NCBI GenBank assembly: GCA_000934665.2
Contig: KZ538868.1
Coordinates: 62,001-126,000 of the forward strand
Direction of reading: 5' to 3'
Length of the DNA: 64,000 bases
Source of the DNA: Catajapyx aquilonaris
Lineage: Eukaryota
Shown here: positions 1 through 13,890 of the stretch, one piece after another
How the letters are laid out: each line of letters begins with the position of its first letter
Position numbering within the stretch: the first letter of the stretch is position 1
Program-made: the position numbers and the translations under genes
Notes under the pieces: generated by a model
The model's database searches: none
Told to the model about the DNA's origin: nothing
Seen by the model: the letters and a program-made list of their open reading frames with translations, nothing else

Positions 1-1374
1 CTTGGAACAGTATAGGACACGGATTTGCAGATAGTAGTGAATAGGGGAGTGATGAAGCTCAGAAGGGGTGATTGCTTATGGGGGGGCCTGACTCCCAGTA
101 TATGTCCATGGCAGGGGGGAATAACTATCTATTAGTACAGTATTATATCTGGCGAGGGTCGCATGACTTAAATTTTCACCTCGACGTGAATCCACGCCCC
201 CCTTGACATCAGACCGATTGGAGTCTCTCCCTCCCTCGTTCGTATCTGATAATGCATCTGTATACATATGCATTTGTAAGCGGAGAAGTCAGAGGGTGGA
301 GGGGGGAGCAATCGATGGCCACGTGACAGGCCTGCAAATTGCATTCGGCTAGGGCAATAATCCTCGGAAGGAAAGTTGTCATAAATGGAGAGGGGCAGGG
401 CGACAATGGTGCGGTTGTGCAGAGGTGTAACCTGAGATTGGCGAAATAAAATGGCGGGGTTTGGTGTCTGCAGCTGTATGTGTATATAGGCGGCGCTTCC
501 CTGGCGCCAGGGGCCAACTTAAGCCACTCCATCTCCATCTCCTCACTTACTTATTGATTCGCTGTTTTCAGCGCAGATTACAAGCAGCATGGGATGGGGG
601 GATTGTTGCTTGCGCCTCCCGAGGTGCTCACCCTCCCACCGTAATTCACGGTCTCTGTACTTATTTTACTGGTATTAGACTTACTGCCGTAGTGGCAGTG
701 CATTGCTTTCATATTCAGAATTACCAAAAACTAAGCTCGAGTATTACGGTACGATGGTTGATCATTGTACAATCACGGTTATGAGGGATGTGAAAGTGGC
801 TTTGGAGTAAGAAACGTGGTATCTGCTCTCGGTTTTCCCCTTGCATGTATGCAATGTGTAAGTCAGAGGAGGCTTGTAACTTGAGTAGGAGCCAGGATAA
901 AAGGAGAGGTGTTTTCTTGATTGTGTGATGTAAAAGTTAGAGAGGTCCGTTGTATTGCTACGAGAGAGCGCAATTATCAGAAAAGTAGTGACTGTGCCTC
1001 CATTTTTATATTTAAACCACGTTATTTATCACTATTCTGGCAATAATGCAATTAGAGCGAATTAACATGGGATCGTTTAGGACCAGTGACAAAAATAGCT
1101 GTTTATCGACAATATTGAACTATTGATGCCTTAACAGTAGAGTTTTCCCATAATACACGCAGTTGTAGGCTAAATACTGTATTGTGATAAGAAGAAAATT
1201 GAAGTAAAGTTATAAACTTTTTTGAATATAATATTTTTAAATACCAGTATACGTAAATCATATTGGGAAATAAGTTTGACGAAAATTGTGACTATGACAT
1301 TTAAAATCCATATAATGGATAAAATTAATGTTAATATGTTTGCGTGTGTATATTTCGCAATTGGTTACCACATT

Positions 1375-1828
1375 TATTATTTATTTATTTGCTAACTCAT
1401 GCTGGAGTCATTGGCTCCCTTATAGGGGGGGTGGAATACCACAATTTTTCATACGCATTTTCTGTCGCATTTTTCTCTCCTGTGCAGGGATCAGGATGGG
1501 GATTTGTGAGGAGGGGACACTGTGCACTGGTGCAAGTGCGTTGTCTTTATGTTGGGGGTCGTGTGCAGTCCCCCAGGGGGTCAGGTTGCAAGACAATCCC
1601 CTAGGTGTGGGTCAGAAATCCCCACAGACACCGCACCTCCCCATGGATGGGTCAAGGATAGGAAAGGAAGGGGACGGCTTGTTACCTATTATTTACGGAA
1701 GCGATCCCGGAATTTTCCTGGGAGGACCGTGGGAAACCACAGTCCACAGATAACCACGGTCAGGACTCGAACCCAGGACCTCCTGATTAGCAGTCGGACG
1801 CCTTATCCACTCCACCAACCTGCTCCGG
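1375..1828 (-). mobile_element. tRNA-derived SINE, full length, with 14-nt target-site duplication
   Basis: The minus-strand head GGAGCAGGTTGGTGGAGTGGATAAGGCGTCCGACTGCTAATCAGGAGGTCCTGGGTTCGAGTCC contains an A box (TGGTGGAGTGG), a B box (GGTTCGAGTCC) and a tRNA-Ser(GCT)-like arm GACTGCTAATC. An (AAAT)n-type tail lies at 1375-1390. The identical TSD TTGGTTACCACATT occurs at 1361-1374 and 1829-1842. Confidence 0.9.
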
Positions 1829-2784
1829 TTGGTTACCACATTAAACGCATATTGTTTATTTTAAGGAAATAAGGTTTCATCAATAAGCGTCATGCGTATT
1901 TTACTATTCTCTTCCTATTACGCACAGGGTACATTTGAAATTATCCAGGTTTTAGATGGACAGAGTTTTCAGTTCAAGTTTATATGGGTTTCTTTGTTGT
2001 ATAATATGTGGAATAATGCCTCGCGACGAATGAAACGCGTGGGAATGGAGTAAGAATAAGGTGAATCACATCCGATCACATTTCATTTTTTGAAGATGAC
2101 AATATTATTTTCTTTCTTTTTAGCACATTATTTGAAAATATTGCCCATTGCCTTTTAAACTGCGAATAATAACGCACATCGCAAATTATTATTAGAATTA
2201 TGCTTAAATTGTGTTCGTACCGTTAATATCAGGCATTCCATTTAGAATGCAAATCTCTGAATATTTAAATTCTGTGAATGCCTGACACTATACAATATTG
2301 TCAAATGAGATTGTATAGGCTAAGTGGGAAAAATGGTATTATTACATGTTTGAAAAATAACTATAGGTACTTATTTGAAGTTCTTGAATATCACTGGATA
2401 TGTACAATTTAAACGCTTGTATCCAAAAAATATAGTGAGACACTTGAAAGAGTCATAAACTCGGTTATCTGCATATCCTGAATCATTAGAAATTCACAAA
2501 TCAACATGTTGTTGGTTGCAAGTTTAAAGAGGTGGTTCAGCATTTGAATGAGTGTCTAATCAGTGGAAACAACTGCTTTATAAAAATTCTCGGAAGCTCG
2601 TTAGCTTGTGAGAATAATTATACTTTCCGATGGCGAAATTGAATGATTGCACGCACTTGAATCCAGGGGAAAGGGAGGGCTCCCCATCAAAATGGCCCGG
2701 TGGTGAAGCCGAGAGGGGAAATAGTCGATTGGAGCGCCATCCGGCGAGAGAAAGAAGAAGCGGACGAAGTGGGGGATGGGGGGA

Positions 2785-2804
2785 GGAAGGAAGGAAGGAA
2801 GGAA
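2785..2804 (+). repeat. (GGAA)5 microsatellite
   Basis: Five perfect GGAA units, read directly from the sequence. Confidence 0.9.
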
Positions 2805-5800
2805 GGGGCCCGGCAGCCCGCTCGCGCCATCTCTTCCTCATCGCCCAAACCCACGCGAACCCACCACTGCGCCCTTAGTAGTAGCACGGACGCAGAGAGG
2901 GAAAAGTCGATCGACACCATTACCCAATTCACGCCTGGGCTGCACACCGTCGGTCGTGCAGCCTGGGCCAAAACACAATTTTCAGCATTTTAATGTGCAT
3001 TTTCAATTCAGAAGCTGTTAGACCCATTGTCAAAAAATAACTCTGCTGACCCTTTATTGTACATTGACATGGCTATAATTCGAATATATTTTTTGATCAA
3101 ATGTTTTTGGACACCATATGTATACTATCCAGCCTCTATCTCGACATGGGCAGGCATTGATTCAGGTGCGTGGACCGGGAATGTCAACTCCCCTGAATCG
3201 AGCAAATATAACTTTGTCTGAGGGATGAGTTTGTCTAATGGAGCTTCTTCTGTGTTGGATTTGGAGCAAGGGTGGTGATGATGGTGAAGAGAGTGAGGGA
3301 CCCTGTGGGAGGGTGTAGGACCCGCCCACTGTGCAGGGGCCTGAAATGCGCGCGCAATCTTTGTCACCGGAAGCCACCGCCCCCCACCCACCCACCGGTT
3401 CCCTCCTTCCTGCTAAAATCTCCTCTTCCACCCACAAGAACTCCGCCATATTTTACCCGAGATTCGCTTGCGTGAGGCAGAAAAGGGAGGGAAAAATAGA
3501 GGATATCAGGGAAAATGGGGTAGAAGGGAGGAAAAGGGGGGGACTATGAACATCAGAGTCATGCGCGGCCAAATTTCAATCGTTAATTTTAAATTTAATG
3601 TTAGTACAACCCAGTTCTGAAATTTCCATTCTAAACATTAAATCTAAACAATTTATCATGTAAATAACATTATTAAGAATTACTATTTTTTGTCTTATTG
3701 TTTATTATTCCACCCCAAGCGCCTCCAAGTGGCAAAATGATTAGCGTTATCACTCCATAAAACATGCTTTGTAAATAATCTCCCCTCATCACAACCAATT
3801 GCGGAAATAGTAATGCTGGATGCAAAATGGAGGGCAAAAAGCAAGGAAGAGGCGGTCTGATGACGCTGTGACGTCACTATCTGGAGGGGAGCATTGGCAT
3901 TTATTTATAGGCTGCTTATTCTGCTTTCCTCCCTCTTTCTCCTCCATCCCCCTCTTTTCCCCCCCAGAACCCAGAGGGAATCATATATAAATCAGGGCGA
4001 AGCTGCGAGAGAGGAAGCTGGAACTCTCCCACTGCCTCCATATTGAGTCAAGAAGGAATATTCACTGCATTATTCCAACCGGATGACTCTCAACTCCCCA
4101 GCCCTTTTTTTGTGTTCTCTGGCTGCATTTTAGCTTACAGGTGGGGGGGATGGAGAACTATTTGTCTTTGGGATAACAATCTTAGTGGATTTTTCCTACA
4201 AAAAAATGCACTCTAGAAATTCGCCACAAAAGACTAGTGCTGGGATTGAAAAAAAACCTTTCCTGACTATTGTTTCGTGGCCTATGGAACTGTTTGGAAG
4301 GGGGAAAAAATGGATAGTGGTCGGCAAAAGAATTATTGTTCTCTGATGCGCTTGTTTTCTGACTGGGCTGATGGTTTCACTTTGGGGATGATTCTCATCC
4401 GATCTGGAATGCGTTTGTTTGCCTTATCCTAACTTTTCTGACAAAGGAGTCTGTAAAGAATCCAGGAGCATTTATAGCTGCACTTAAGCGCATCTAAGAT
4501 AAATGCCACAAAACTCTTCCACTTTCGGTCCAGGAAATCCTTGCCCGAATTTGATGAAAATTGCACTTCTTTGAGAATAACGCTTTGTATTTGAGAAGGA
4601 TCGACGCGAAAACAAGCTAAGTTACTTTCCTTTCCTCTTCACTGAAATAGGGACCTGTTTTTAGATGGGAATTGAATAATCACTCGCATTACCGAAATGA
4701 TGCCGGATCTTGTGTAACTTGTGTCATTTTATGTAGCTAGCGGCCTCTGCTAACGTTGCATTTTTGTGTACAACTAAAAGCATACTCCAATCCACCTGAT
4801 AGTGCAGACTACAAATATCTCAAAGTGCATGCAACTTTCCAAATTCCGAACCTAGTTATAAAAAATGTTCATGAACATTGGACATGCTACCGATAATCAA
4901 AATCCTCGTGCAAAGTATATTTTCCCTCCCAGCACTTCTGGAGAGGGTGGGCCTCCCACATAAAAAACGAGTGCGTGTCATAAAAACATTACACACATTC
5001 GGCCGGAAAATGAGGGGTAGCTGGCTTCCCCATTTTGGTCCACTTGAGACAGTTTTTGAAAAAAAAAAAAAAAAAAAAAACTGTGAACAAGAATGGAGAG
5101 TCCCCTTGTATAAGCTGGCACCTGAGGCTGATTTGCGAGCGAATTTAGTTTCCATTTCATTAGCGTTTGGGAGAGGAAGGCGAGGCCGCCGCCTTCCTTT
5201 GTTGCACATTCAGCAGCGGAACAATAAGAGAGTGTGTGCGATAATAAATGGAATGGGTTGGTGGGCTGTGTGTTTGCAGGCAGGCAGCCAGCCTTATACT
5301 TGCTATAGGAAGAGAGGAGGCGGCGGGAAAGAATGGCTGCCGGCGTGCTTGCAGAATGGCCCCCACAAAAAGCCTTTTCTGCCGGAGCCCTTTTGGCCCC
5401 TTTAGAAATTCGGTCTAATTAAGTATTCCATCAGATATTGGTTGCAACCTGCAGCAGGATGTTGGGAGGGAGGGGAAGAGGGGAGAGGAGGAGGAGGAGG
5501 AGGAAAATGAGGCTTGCGCTGTTTGCTTGCCCCATTTGAGTTCTCTTATTCTTTACACCGTTGTCTTTTGTTTTCGCTTCCATTTCCTCCCTTTGTGTGC
5601 TCTCTCTCTCCTCCACACCCCACTATCTAGGCCTCACCTCACCCCACGCAAGAAACACTCCTTGAGTTGGGACTGTTACTAAGGACGCCTCCAGAGTTAC
5701 TTGTTGCCACCTCAACTTTTATCCAAAATCGCGGCCATTTTCGTGATAATTCTAGTTCCAGATGGGAAACCACTAGAGCTAGAAGACACCAAAAATTGCA

Positions 5801-6904
5801 GACTATCACAAGCAATGACGAGCTATGAATAACCTTCGTAAGATGGCGTCCCTTTAAGAGAGACTCTATAAATGGCTTCTGCTATAAAAGTTTCTCGGCC
5901 AAGAATGGCTGAGCAGATGCAATTGTAAGCTGCAGGGAGAGATAAAGAAAACGAGGTGATTGCGCGGGTGGAGTGGGTGGTAAAGGGGGGTGCACTTTCT
6001 TGCTAACGACTCAAGCAACTGCGCTAATCGGCTGGGAGTTACGACATAATCGCAGCCTTGGATTTCCCGCCTCCTGCAGTCGATATTCTCCTGCCTGGAA
6101 ATGAATCGCAGTCTCAAACCCGTCTCACTAATGATGTTTATTACCTGCGCCGCCATAAACATGCATTCTGAGGTCCGCTTATCGAGGCCTCAATGATGAT
6201 GATGATGATGGGGGTAGTGGTGGTGGGGAGATGATAATGTGGACTCTACCAGATGGAAACTTGATTTGTACTGTACAGTGTATACCCTATACACTATAAC
6301 CGCACGTTCAGAAAAAATATTGAGAGAAACTTTTCCTATGTCGTTAACAGAATTCTTGAAAAGGGAAGAGTAATAGCGTATCTAATCTCTATTGAAGCAG
6401 ACACATGTAGTACCGGTATACAGTATATGTAGGCCTATAACACACATTGGGGGCATTAGTCTCATGCCTTCCAAATGCTTTTCTTGCACTGTGTAGCATG
6501 AAACGGAGGGTTTAAACGTGTCGTAAGGTGAGTTTCGCCGGAGCATATCTTCCAGAATATGAAAGCAGAAAATGAGTAACCGATTTATCATGTGTCTTAC
6601 CTGACTTGGAGAGTCGAAGGGACTGTGAATCGCCCGAACTGGCAGACTGGTAGCTTTTGGTGGATAATCCTGGAGAAGAGAGAGAAAATGGTCAGAAAAA
6701 ATATGAAAACAAAAAGCTGTATTTTCACAGGCATCGCATCTGTGAATAGCCAGAAAAATGTAGAAATATACAACTGGAATATATATTTCGGTTTTCACCA
6801 AAGTAGGTTATGTCTATTAGTTCATTATGATGCAAGTGTAGCATTGTCTTTACTTTGGATTTTACACTATTTATGGGCAAGTTACTGATCAATTCTCAAG
6901 TATA

Positions 6905-7257
6905 CTGTTGGATCTCCGTATATACTCGTACCAACGAGAAAATCAATCCAGGGCCTTCCGCGGGATACCAAAATACTGGTACGTATATATGCTCAACTAT
7001 ATGGCGTAGTAAATGAATATAATCTATACGAACATCCTCCGTATACTTTTAAATTATCTCTATAGATCACTTATAATACATAATACATTGTAAATTATTG
7101 GTAAACAGTTGTTATTCTGTATCATATAGTGATGCTCTGCGCGCTGCAAATTCCAGTAGTGCTTTTCATATTATTATTTTTCAAAATATTTTCGATCCGC
7201 GTTTGGTTGAATCCGCGGATATAGGCCTACAAAATCCGCGGATAACGAGGCCGACAG
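6905..7257 (+). mobile_element. Tigger/pogo-type (TcMar) MITE resembling MER2
   Basis: TA-flanked, with imperfect terminal inverted repeats (ta-CTGTTGG...CCGACAG-ta). Internal blocks GGATACCAAAAT, ATGGCGTAGTA, ACATCCTCCGTATACTTTTAAAT, ACTTATAATAC.TAATACA.TGTAAAT and AATATTTTCGATCCGCG.TTGGTTGAATCC match the MER2 consensus as recalled, in the same order. Confidence 0.8.
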
Positions 7258-9049
7258 TAAAGGCCTCCATATCAGGAACTGTATCTTCTCTGATGATAAA
7301 GTAGGGCTATAGTTGAATGTGAACCTGTGAAGTGTGACCAAAGATATAATAAAAGACGAGTTAACCTTTTGGAATTGATTGTACGTAACGTGATGTACAG
7401 CTTTAATAATTAACTGCACATTTCTTGCAGACTTTTCAAGTCTGACTTGCAAGACATTTATCAAAACAGAAAGTGCAAGCAAGGGCTTTTATTTCCTTCT
7501 TCTCTATATACTATAGGCCCTACCTATTTTCACATGTTTCTGCCCTTGAAATGGTGTGCTATATAGCCTTCAAAATTTAGTGGACACATACTATTTACCT
7601 TTAATTGAAGATGGAATCAAGGGAATATTTTCCTTTAAACCAGCGTACTTTAAAAAAAAGTAATTGTTATTGTATTCCATATTTTCTGGACCATCCGTTC
7701 GCATATATACACGACTCTTCACCAAACCGTATAAAGACATCCCAGCTCATACACCAATTTTCCAATTGTCTCAGGAAGAGTTCGAGTCAGTTTCCCTCTG
7801 TCCTCACGTCTCCTCCTCCCATAATGACATCCCCCATTTGTGTGACTCCAAAAGTCGCCAAGAGAATCGATGTGAACTTGCACCAGCTCCGGGCACGCCC
7901 TACATAAAGGGGCAATGTCTCGCATTACACTAATAAATGAAGGTTTTGCTTCTCATCGTCGAGTTAATGACAAGACGGGGAGGGAAGGAGAGGCAATGAC
8001 ACTCTGGCAAAACCTCTTCTCTGCAATGAATCGTTTTCTCTCGGCAACTCTTCTTCCTCTAGCCCCACTCTCTCTCTCTATGGGTGCGTTTCAGGGGGGG
8101 CTGGTGTCGTTAAGTCTTATCACGTGGGTGGAGGGGAAGAGGAGGGATTCAATTTTCGAGAGCCGCAGGGCGAGAGATAGAGGCTGTCGGGTATCGGATG
8201 CCGGGAGTTGGGGGGCGAATGGTGCAATGGGGGATGGTGGGGGTGTATCGAAGAAGAAAATGGCGGAAGCAGGAAGGGAGGCAAACAGCTCGCAGCCTAA
8301 TCTGAGTCGGGCGACTTGGTCAAATTGGCGGAGATAAGTGCGGATGGAAGCTGCGTGGAAGCCCATCACGTCCCCCAGGCCCTACAAGGCCCTTTTTAGG
8401 ATGGGGGTGGGGGAGGACCTCCCCCTCCCTCCCCTGATTGAAGCCTGGCTCTCACTCAGCTGCCAAATGGCCGCCGGCGAAAGGGATGGATTCAGATATA
8501 ATAATAATATGCAGCGCTGGGCTGGATACGACGTGACGAGCGGCTAATCTGCAGTCTGGAGCCTCTCGCACAGCTTTATGGAGCCGCCCTTTTGCATGTT
8601 GAGCACCTCTTTATGGCTGCCCTACCCCAGGCAGCCAGGCTTGCTGTTTACTGGGCCAAATCACTTCTCCCCCCTTTGCTATACTAACCTCCGTGCTATG
8701 CTCAATCCCCGGACTTCATGCCTGCTGCTAAATGTTAGCTGCCGAATATATCTCAAATCTCTAGACCTACCATAAAGGCAGTGCAAGTATCGCTTGCTCA
8801 GGCGGAGCAGTCCTTGTCCGGATAAGACCTGCTAATCTTTGCAAGATTGTACATTCGAAGTTTAAGTGCTGTGGCCAACCGTTACTACAGCACTACCAGT
8901 GTTTGTTCTATTTATCTATTATTGAATTATTAATAAGCTTCAGGATCACATTTTCTCACATAGTTGCAGGAGTGTATACCAACGTGCAGGGCACAGTGGT
9001 AACTGGAGGCGACTATATAAAATTAATGGGCATATGCAACAATGTATCG

Positions 9050-9500
9050 CCATGTTATTATTGCTAATGTTGTAAAAAGCCATTCCTCTCGCCAGGGAAA
9101 TGGTACCCCATTCTTATAGTTCAGATTTTCTCTAAGACTTGTATCCTGTCTTGAAGTGTACTTTGAAGTTAGATGAGAAGGCATTAAGAGATAAGCCTTG
9201 CTTTTACCCAATAATCAGGATGGAGCAGAGTAGTAATCTTGGCTCCCTCGTCGCCATCTTCTCCACCAACTTTATGGAGGAAGTATCGACTTTCAATTAA
9301 AATTCCCTACCAGTGGCGCGAGTCCATGAAGCCGTGAAAAGAAGTTGGGAAGTTGCTTAGACGGCGCTTCATGGGGGTGAGGATAATATATCCAGGTAAC
9401 TGAATGCTCATATCGATTAAATATTAAAGTTCCTTTATCCAAGCTGGTGTGTAATCATAAAAAAATGCTGGAGAGAGTGATGATAAACGGCATCCGATTG
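9050..9500 (+). mobile_element. Possible highly degraded reverse-transcriptase relic (Penelope-like)
   Basis: Fragmentary translations (SCLEVYF; DGA..GSLVAIFSTNFMEE; VPLSKL) loosely echo the PLE RT motifs CL..YF, G.AMGSPLSP..ANFFME and LPFLD. There are many stops and frameshifts, and boundaries are approximate. Confidence 0.3.
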
Positions 9501-12500
9501 TTTAAAAGAGAGGGTCCAGGTTCCTGCTAGGGTTTGCAGTGATTATCTGCTTATCTCTTGCCACCTGTCCATTACCGTTGAAAAGGATGGATGTCATTAA
9601 AATTTATTGTCTGCATCTGCCACACACACCTCATGAACTCTACAGCCGATTCACAAAAGGCCACGTTTGCCTCATAATAATTATTGGAACGAAAATATTA
9701 CGGCATAAATTGCGATTTTCTAAACCGGCAATTATTAGCTGCATTACCCGGTGTGGAAAAATGGCTTCGTACAATAATTACTGTGGGACAGTTTTATGAG
9801 TCCCGATAAATTTCCTACCTTCACAAAAATGCAATATATTGTAGTATTTTATTGCAATAATAACACTATTTTATAGCCTCACGATATACCTGCACTGATG
9901 CAAATCTACAGTACGTTGGCTCACACTTTTTTGTTCATTCGTGAGGTTTCACGACCCCGCCATGCAGTACTTATTGCTTATGAAAGAATGTCCGGTGTTC
10001 GTGCATAACTAATTGGGCTCGGTAATAGTCCGAATGAGTCACAGGTGAGAGGTTAAAATGGGAGGCTTCTGGCAGCTGGCACATCAAGCTGGATGACGGA
10101 TCTTGTGCCTACGGGCCCAAAGAGACTTTGATTGACCAAAGTGCTGACACTTTGTCTACTCATCAGTTGGGCCACACCGAACATCTGCTCATCATTACCA
10201 GTTGATTCCTCCCTCACGATTATTCGCTAGATAATAGTGATTGGAGGTCGGACGAATCGGGGATTTGCTATTAATAATGTGTGGAGGAAAGGTCCAATAT
10301 GATGCGCACTATTGCACGTTGAACAAATAATATTGTTCTTTGTATGTGATCACTGAAATTGATATTTTCTGGTCTTGTTTGCCATTATCGATGCTTGAAA
10401 ATGTCCTTCAAATCTAGATATCAAAGTATGATATGCTAGTTCTCTTATACTAATGACACCACATTTTCATTCAGTATTGATGGTAGTGTCTATTTTTCCG
10501 GAAACTTCATTTTACTTACTGCATCCGGACTCTTCAGAGCACAATGCTATCTTCTTAAATCCTAATTAATACATAATGCAATCAATAAATCATAGCCCTT
10601 ATATCGCCCAAAAACTGTTGACATTTGTGCCTCATCCAGATCAATGGCATCTAAACCGGAAACCGAAATAATAGAAACCCCCCCCCCCCTGCCCCCANAT
10701 AGATGAAATTAGTAATTGCTGGCGAGTAAGGAGTGAGCAAACGAGACCCGTGACCTTTGCCCCCCGTGATCGTCCAGGTGGAAGCAATCGAACGATAGGT
10801 CGATGAAAAATACATTTGGCCGCACAAAGGCAAGCACTCTAGTGTCAGCGAGGACAAGCCCATTGGACCTTCGTGCAGATAGATCGCAATCTGATTTATG
10901 TCGTGACCCGCTTATGCCTTCTTCTCAAACCCAGATCATTTTTTGACCCAACCCTTGTTCTTCTCATCCGTCCCATGCATTATGCGCCAGTGACGCATCA
11001 GCTTCAAAAATACATGAATTGCCAGACAATTGACCCGTTACAATCAAGCGCATGCGTGTCCAAAAATTGAAAAAAAAAAAACGTATTTTTTTTGAGTATT
11101 TTTAGCAAGAAGGGTGGAATTGAGGGGGAGCTTTAGGGGAGATTGCAAAATGTGCAATTGCGCCACGTCGCACTAAATATTTCCCAGACAAGTTTAGACT
11201 GTTTCATGCAATATTGCGGCACGAAAGCGACGGCTGACGCGATGCCAAGTTTATCTGGCCAGTGATTGGTCTGTCATGCGAAGGAAACACAGGGAGGAGG
11301 AGAATTATGGGGGACCCTCAAGTATAAAGTGGGGGAGACTTTCCATGACTCTGAGAGGTATTTAGGCGGATATTACGGATTATTTTGGTTATGGCTAGTG
11401 TTATGTAAGAATCTGACTCACCGCTTTGGGATCCACCAGGTTGATGGCTGGTCCCTGAGTTTTTGTCGCGGCCTCCAGATGATTCGGCACCTGGTCAGGA
11501 GAGAAGAGAGAGATGGTCAGGGGGTCAGATGGTTGTAGAATATCACACCATTCGCAAACTTGGAATTTATTTTCCAGGAGACTAACAATGCAAAAAAAAA
11601 TCATTCCATTTTTTCTAGACATTCACATATTTGTAAGAATTATAAGGTGAACCTACTCTTATTGAGAGAAGGGATGGGGTTGCCGTTCCGACCATTTGTA
11701 TTTTTGTCGACCACACAGGGTGAATCAATACTCAACCCCCGCAATCACTACTACTTAGCATTCATCTGGCACTTCCACTGATCACTTATCACGCTCCGGG
11801 AATCACGGGTTAACTCGGCTGCTTGTCATAAACCATGTGTTTCATTGCTGCATTCGTCACTCCTCTCCCTCCAGTACATGCGCAGAGGTCAAATTTATCC
11901 GCATTATTATGAGTTATTACCGAGGATAATGGCGTAATCTTCATTATCAGCACTGCAGGTCACTGCTTCAAATGAGGTGGTAATGCGTTTCTGTAGTTGT
12001 TACTGTACCTTGCAATATATTGTCCTTATAAAACAACATGCTGTATTTACAATTCCCAAGCTCGTAACAATAACACCTCATGGCACATTATTGACGTCAA
12101 GGCCTGTATTTGATCTCAGGTTAAACGAGGTGACCATCCTTTTTATGTGCCCACGCGTGGAAGTAATTGGATACAAGTGCGACCCTCCCCAGGTAACAAA
12201 AGAGTTCCCTGAATGAGATGATGATGGAGGTGAAGGCCGTAGAAGGCGTGGGCGTTGTGCCCAAAAAAGAGGAGACAAAAGAGTGGCGCGTGCCCAATTG
12301 ATTTGACCTGCACACCTTTTTGGCACACACCATTTCCTCTTTTTATTGGACGACGGCCTGTCCCTTAGATGCTCGTGTCTAGAAAAGTGTGAGCAAGCAA
12401 GACTTGATGTTTCTGGTGCTACTAGTTGCGTTGGTACTTGTCCCTATATATATACACACGTGTGTCCCTGGGTAAAGGTTGAGTAGTGCGCCTGCTGGGG

Positions 12501-13810
12501 GACCCCTTTTGTGTTTTGGCGATCGATCACATAGCTGCATTGTCATCCCCCCGGACCCACTTCCTCACGCCTGGAAATAATAATACTGTGTGTCGTTGTG
12601 TGTGTGCACACGCAGGTTGCTTGCCTGCACTCTGGCTTTAAAATGTAGAGTGCATTTGGCTCATTACATGTGTGCGTGGCACTTTGCACTTATTTCAATA
12701 GCGTGTTATAATTATGCAATATAGTCGCTGCTTGCGTTTCATTTTATGGGAACAGTGGCATAAATTTGGATATGCGAATAATGTGACAGTGAGTTGTGAT
12801 TTATTGTGCATTTGAATAGCTTACGTGGCCAAACATATGTTTTGCAGCCATACCTGTCACAGCCACGATTTATGTTTTGGCATTTAAATTGTTCCCATGA
12901 AACATGCAGTTAGGTACTGACCAGTATGACAATATAATCAACGCGTTAATTACGAGCAATAAGTAGTGAGCTGTAAATATGCTGCAGTTATTCAATATAC
13001 GAGTATGCGTCGAAATGACTATGCATATCAGTAGTAAATTCAGCTATTTGGCCACATGAATGGTATCAGTTTTTAAACTATATTCAAATGCCAGTTGTAT
13101 TGCAGTTGCGTAGGGGGACAACATGGATCATTATTTCGATATGGCACCGTGAGACCTGTATCCATGTACATTCCCGTTGCATGTTCAATGGAAAGAAGCG
13201 ACACAAAACCATGCATCAGAAGTGAGTCAGGGATCCAGAAAAGACGGATGACAATGTTATGCATATGCGCTCATTGGCCGGGTGGAGGGTTGGTGTGCGG
13301 GCAGTTCATCATCATAGGAAGGTGGTATATGGGACCCGTGGGCGTGGGAACTGCAGGTCGGGGAGAGAGCGTCTTTTGTGGGGCCCAGAAAAGGAGGAAG
13401 CGGCAAATGAGCAGGGCGGCAGGCCAATTGCCAAGGTCCATCAGACCGTGACCTGCTACTGCTGCCCATGGTTGCTGCACCGACTCGTCCCCATCCATGA
13501 ACCCCCATCATCCCTCCATACATACACGAGTATTCTATGCACGCCAGTCACTCTTCCCCTTCCAACTTTTTCCCCTTCCCCTATAGTGATGGGGCCCACC
13601 ACCACCGCCTTACTTGTTTGCCTGGAATCAAGGGCCCAATTAAGTCCTTTGTAGGACACGATGCGTGTCAAAAGAGCAGCCTTAGCGTTTCAACATATTT
13701 TTCCACTCCCCTCCTGACTACATGGACATTTAATACCCCCGCTTTCAAATCAACCAGTCACGCTGTTTGGACGAAGCAACCACTCATTGCACTCCACCAC
13801 AGTACGAACC

Positions 13811-13811
<1 letters not shown>

Positions 13812-13871
<60 letters not shown>

Positions 13872-13890
13872 GTGGTGGTGGTGGTGGTGG
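13812..13890 (+). repeat. Compound microsatellite (ATA)n followed by (GGT)n
   Basis: About 19 ATA units then about 6 GGT units, read directly. This explains the poly-Y/I/L ORFs in the track. Confidence 0.95.

Noticed and set aside
1760..1828. tRNA-Ser gene
   Set aside because: No acceptor stem or long variable arm. It continues into a body and tail bounded by a TSD, so it is a SINE head.
4856..5405. 175-aa plus-strand ORF and antisense ORFs
   Set aside because: No recognisable domain or splice context, and it runs through a poly-A tract (poly-Lys). Likely chance.
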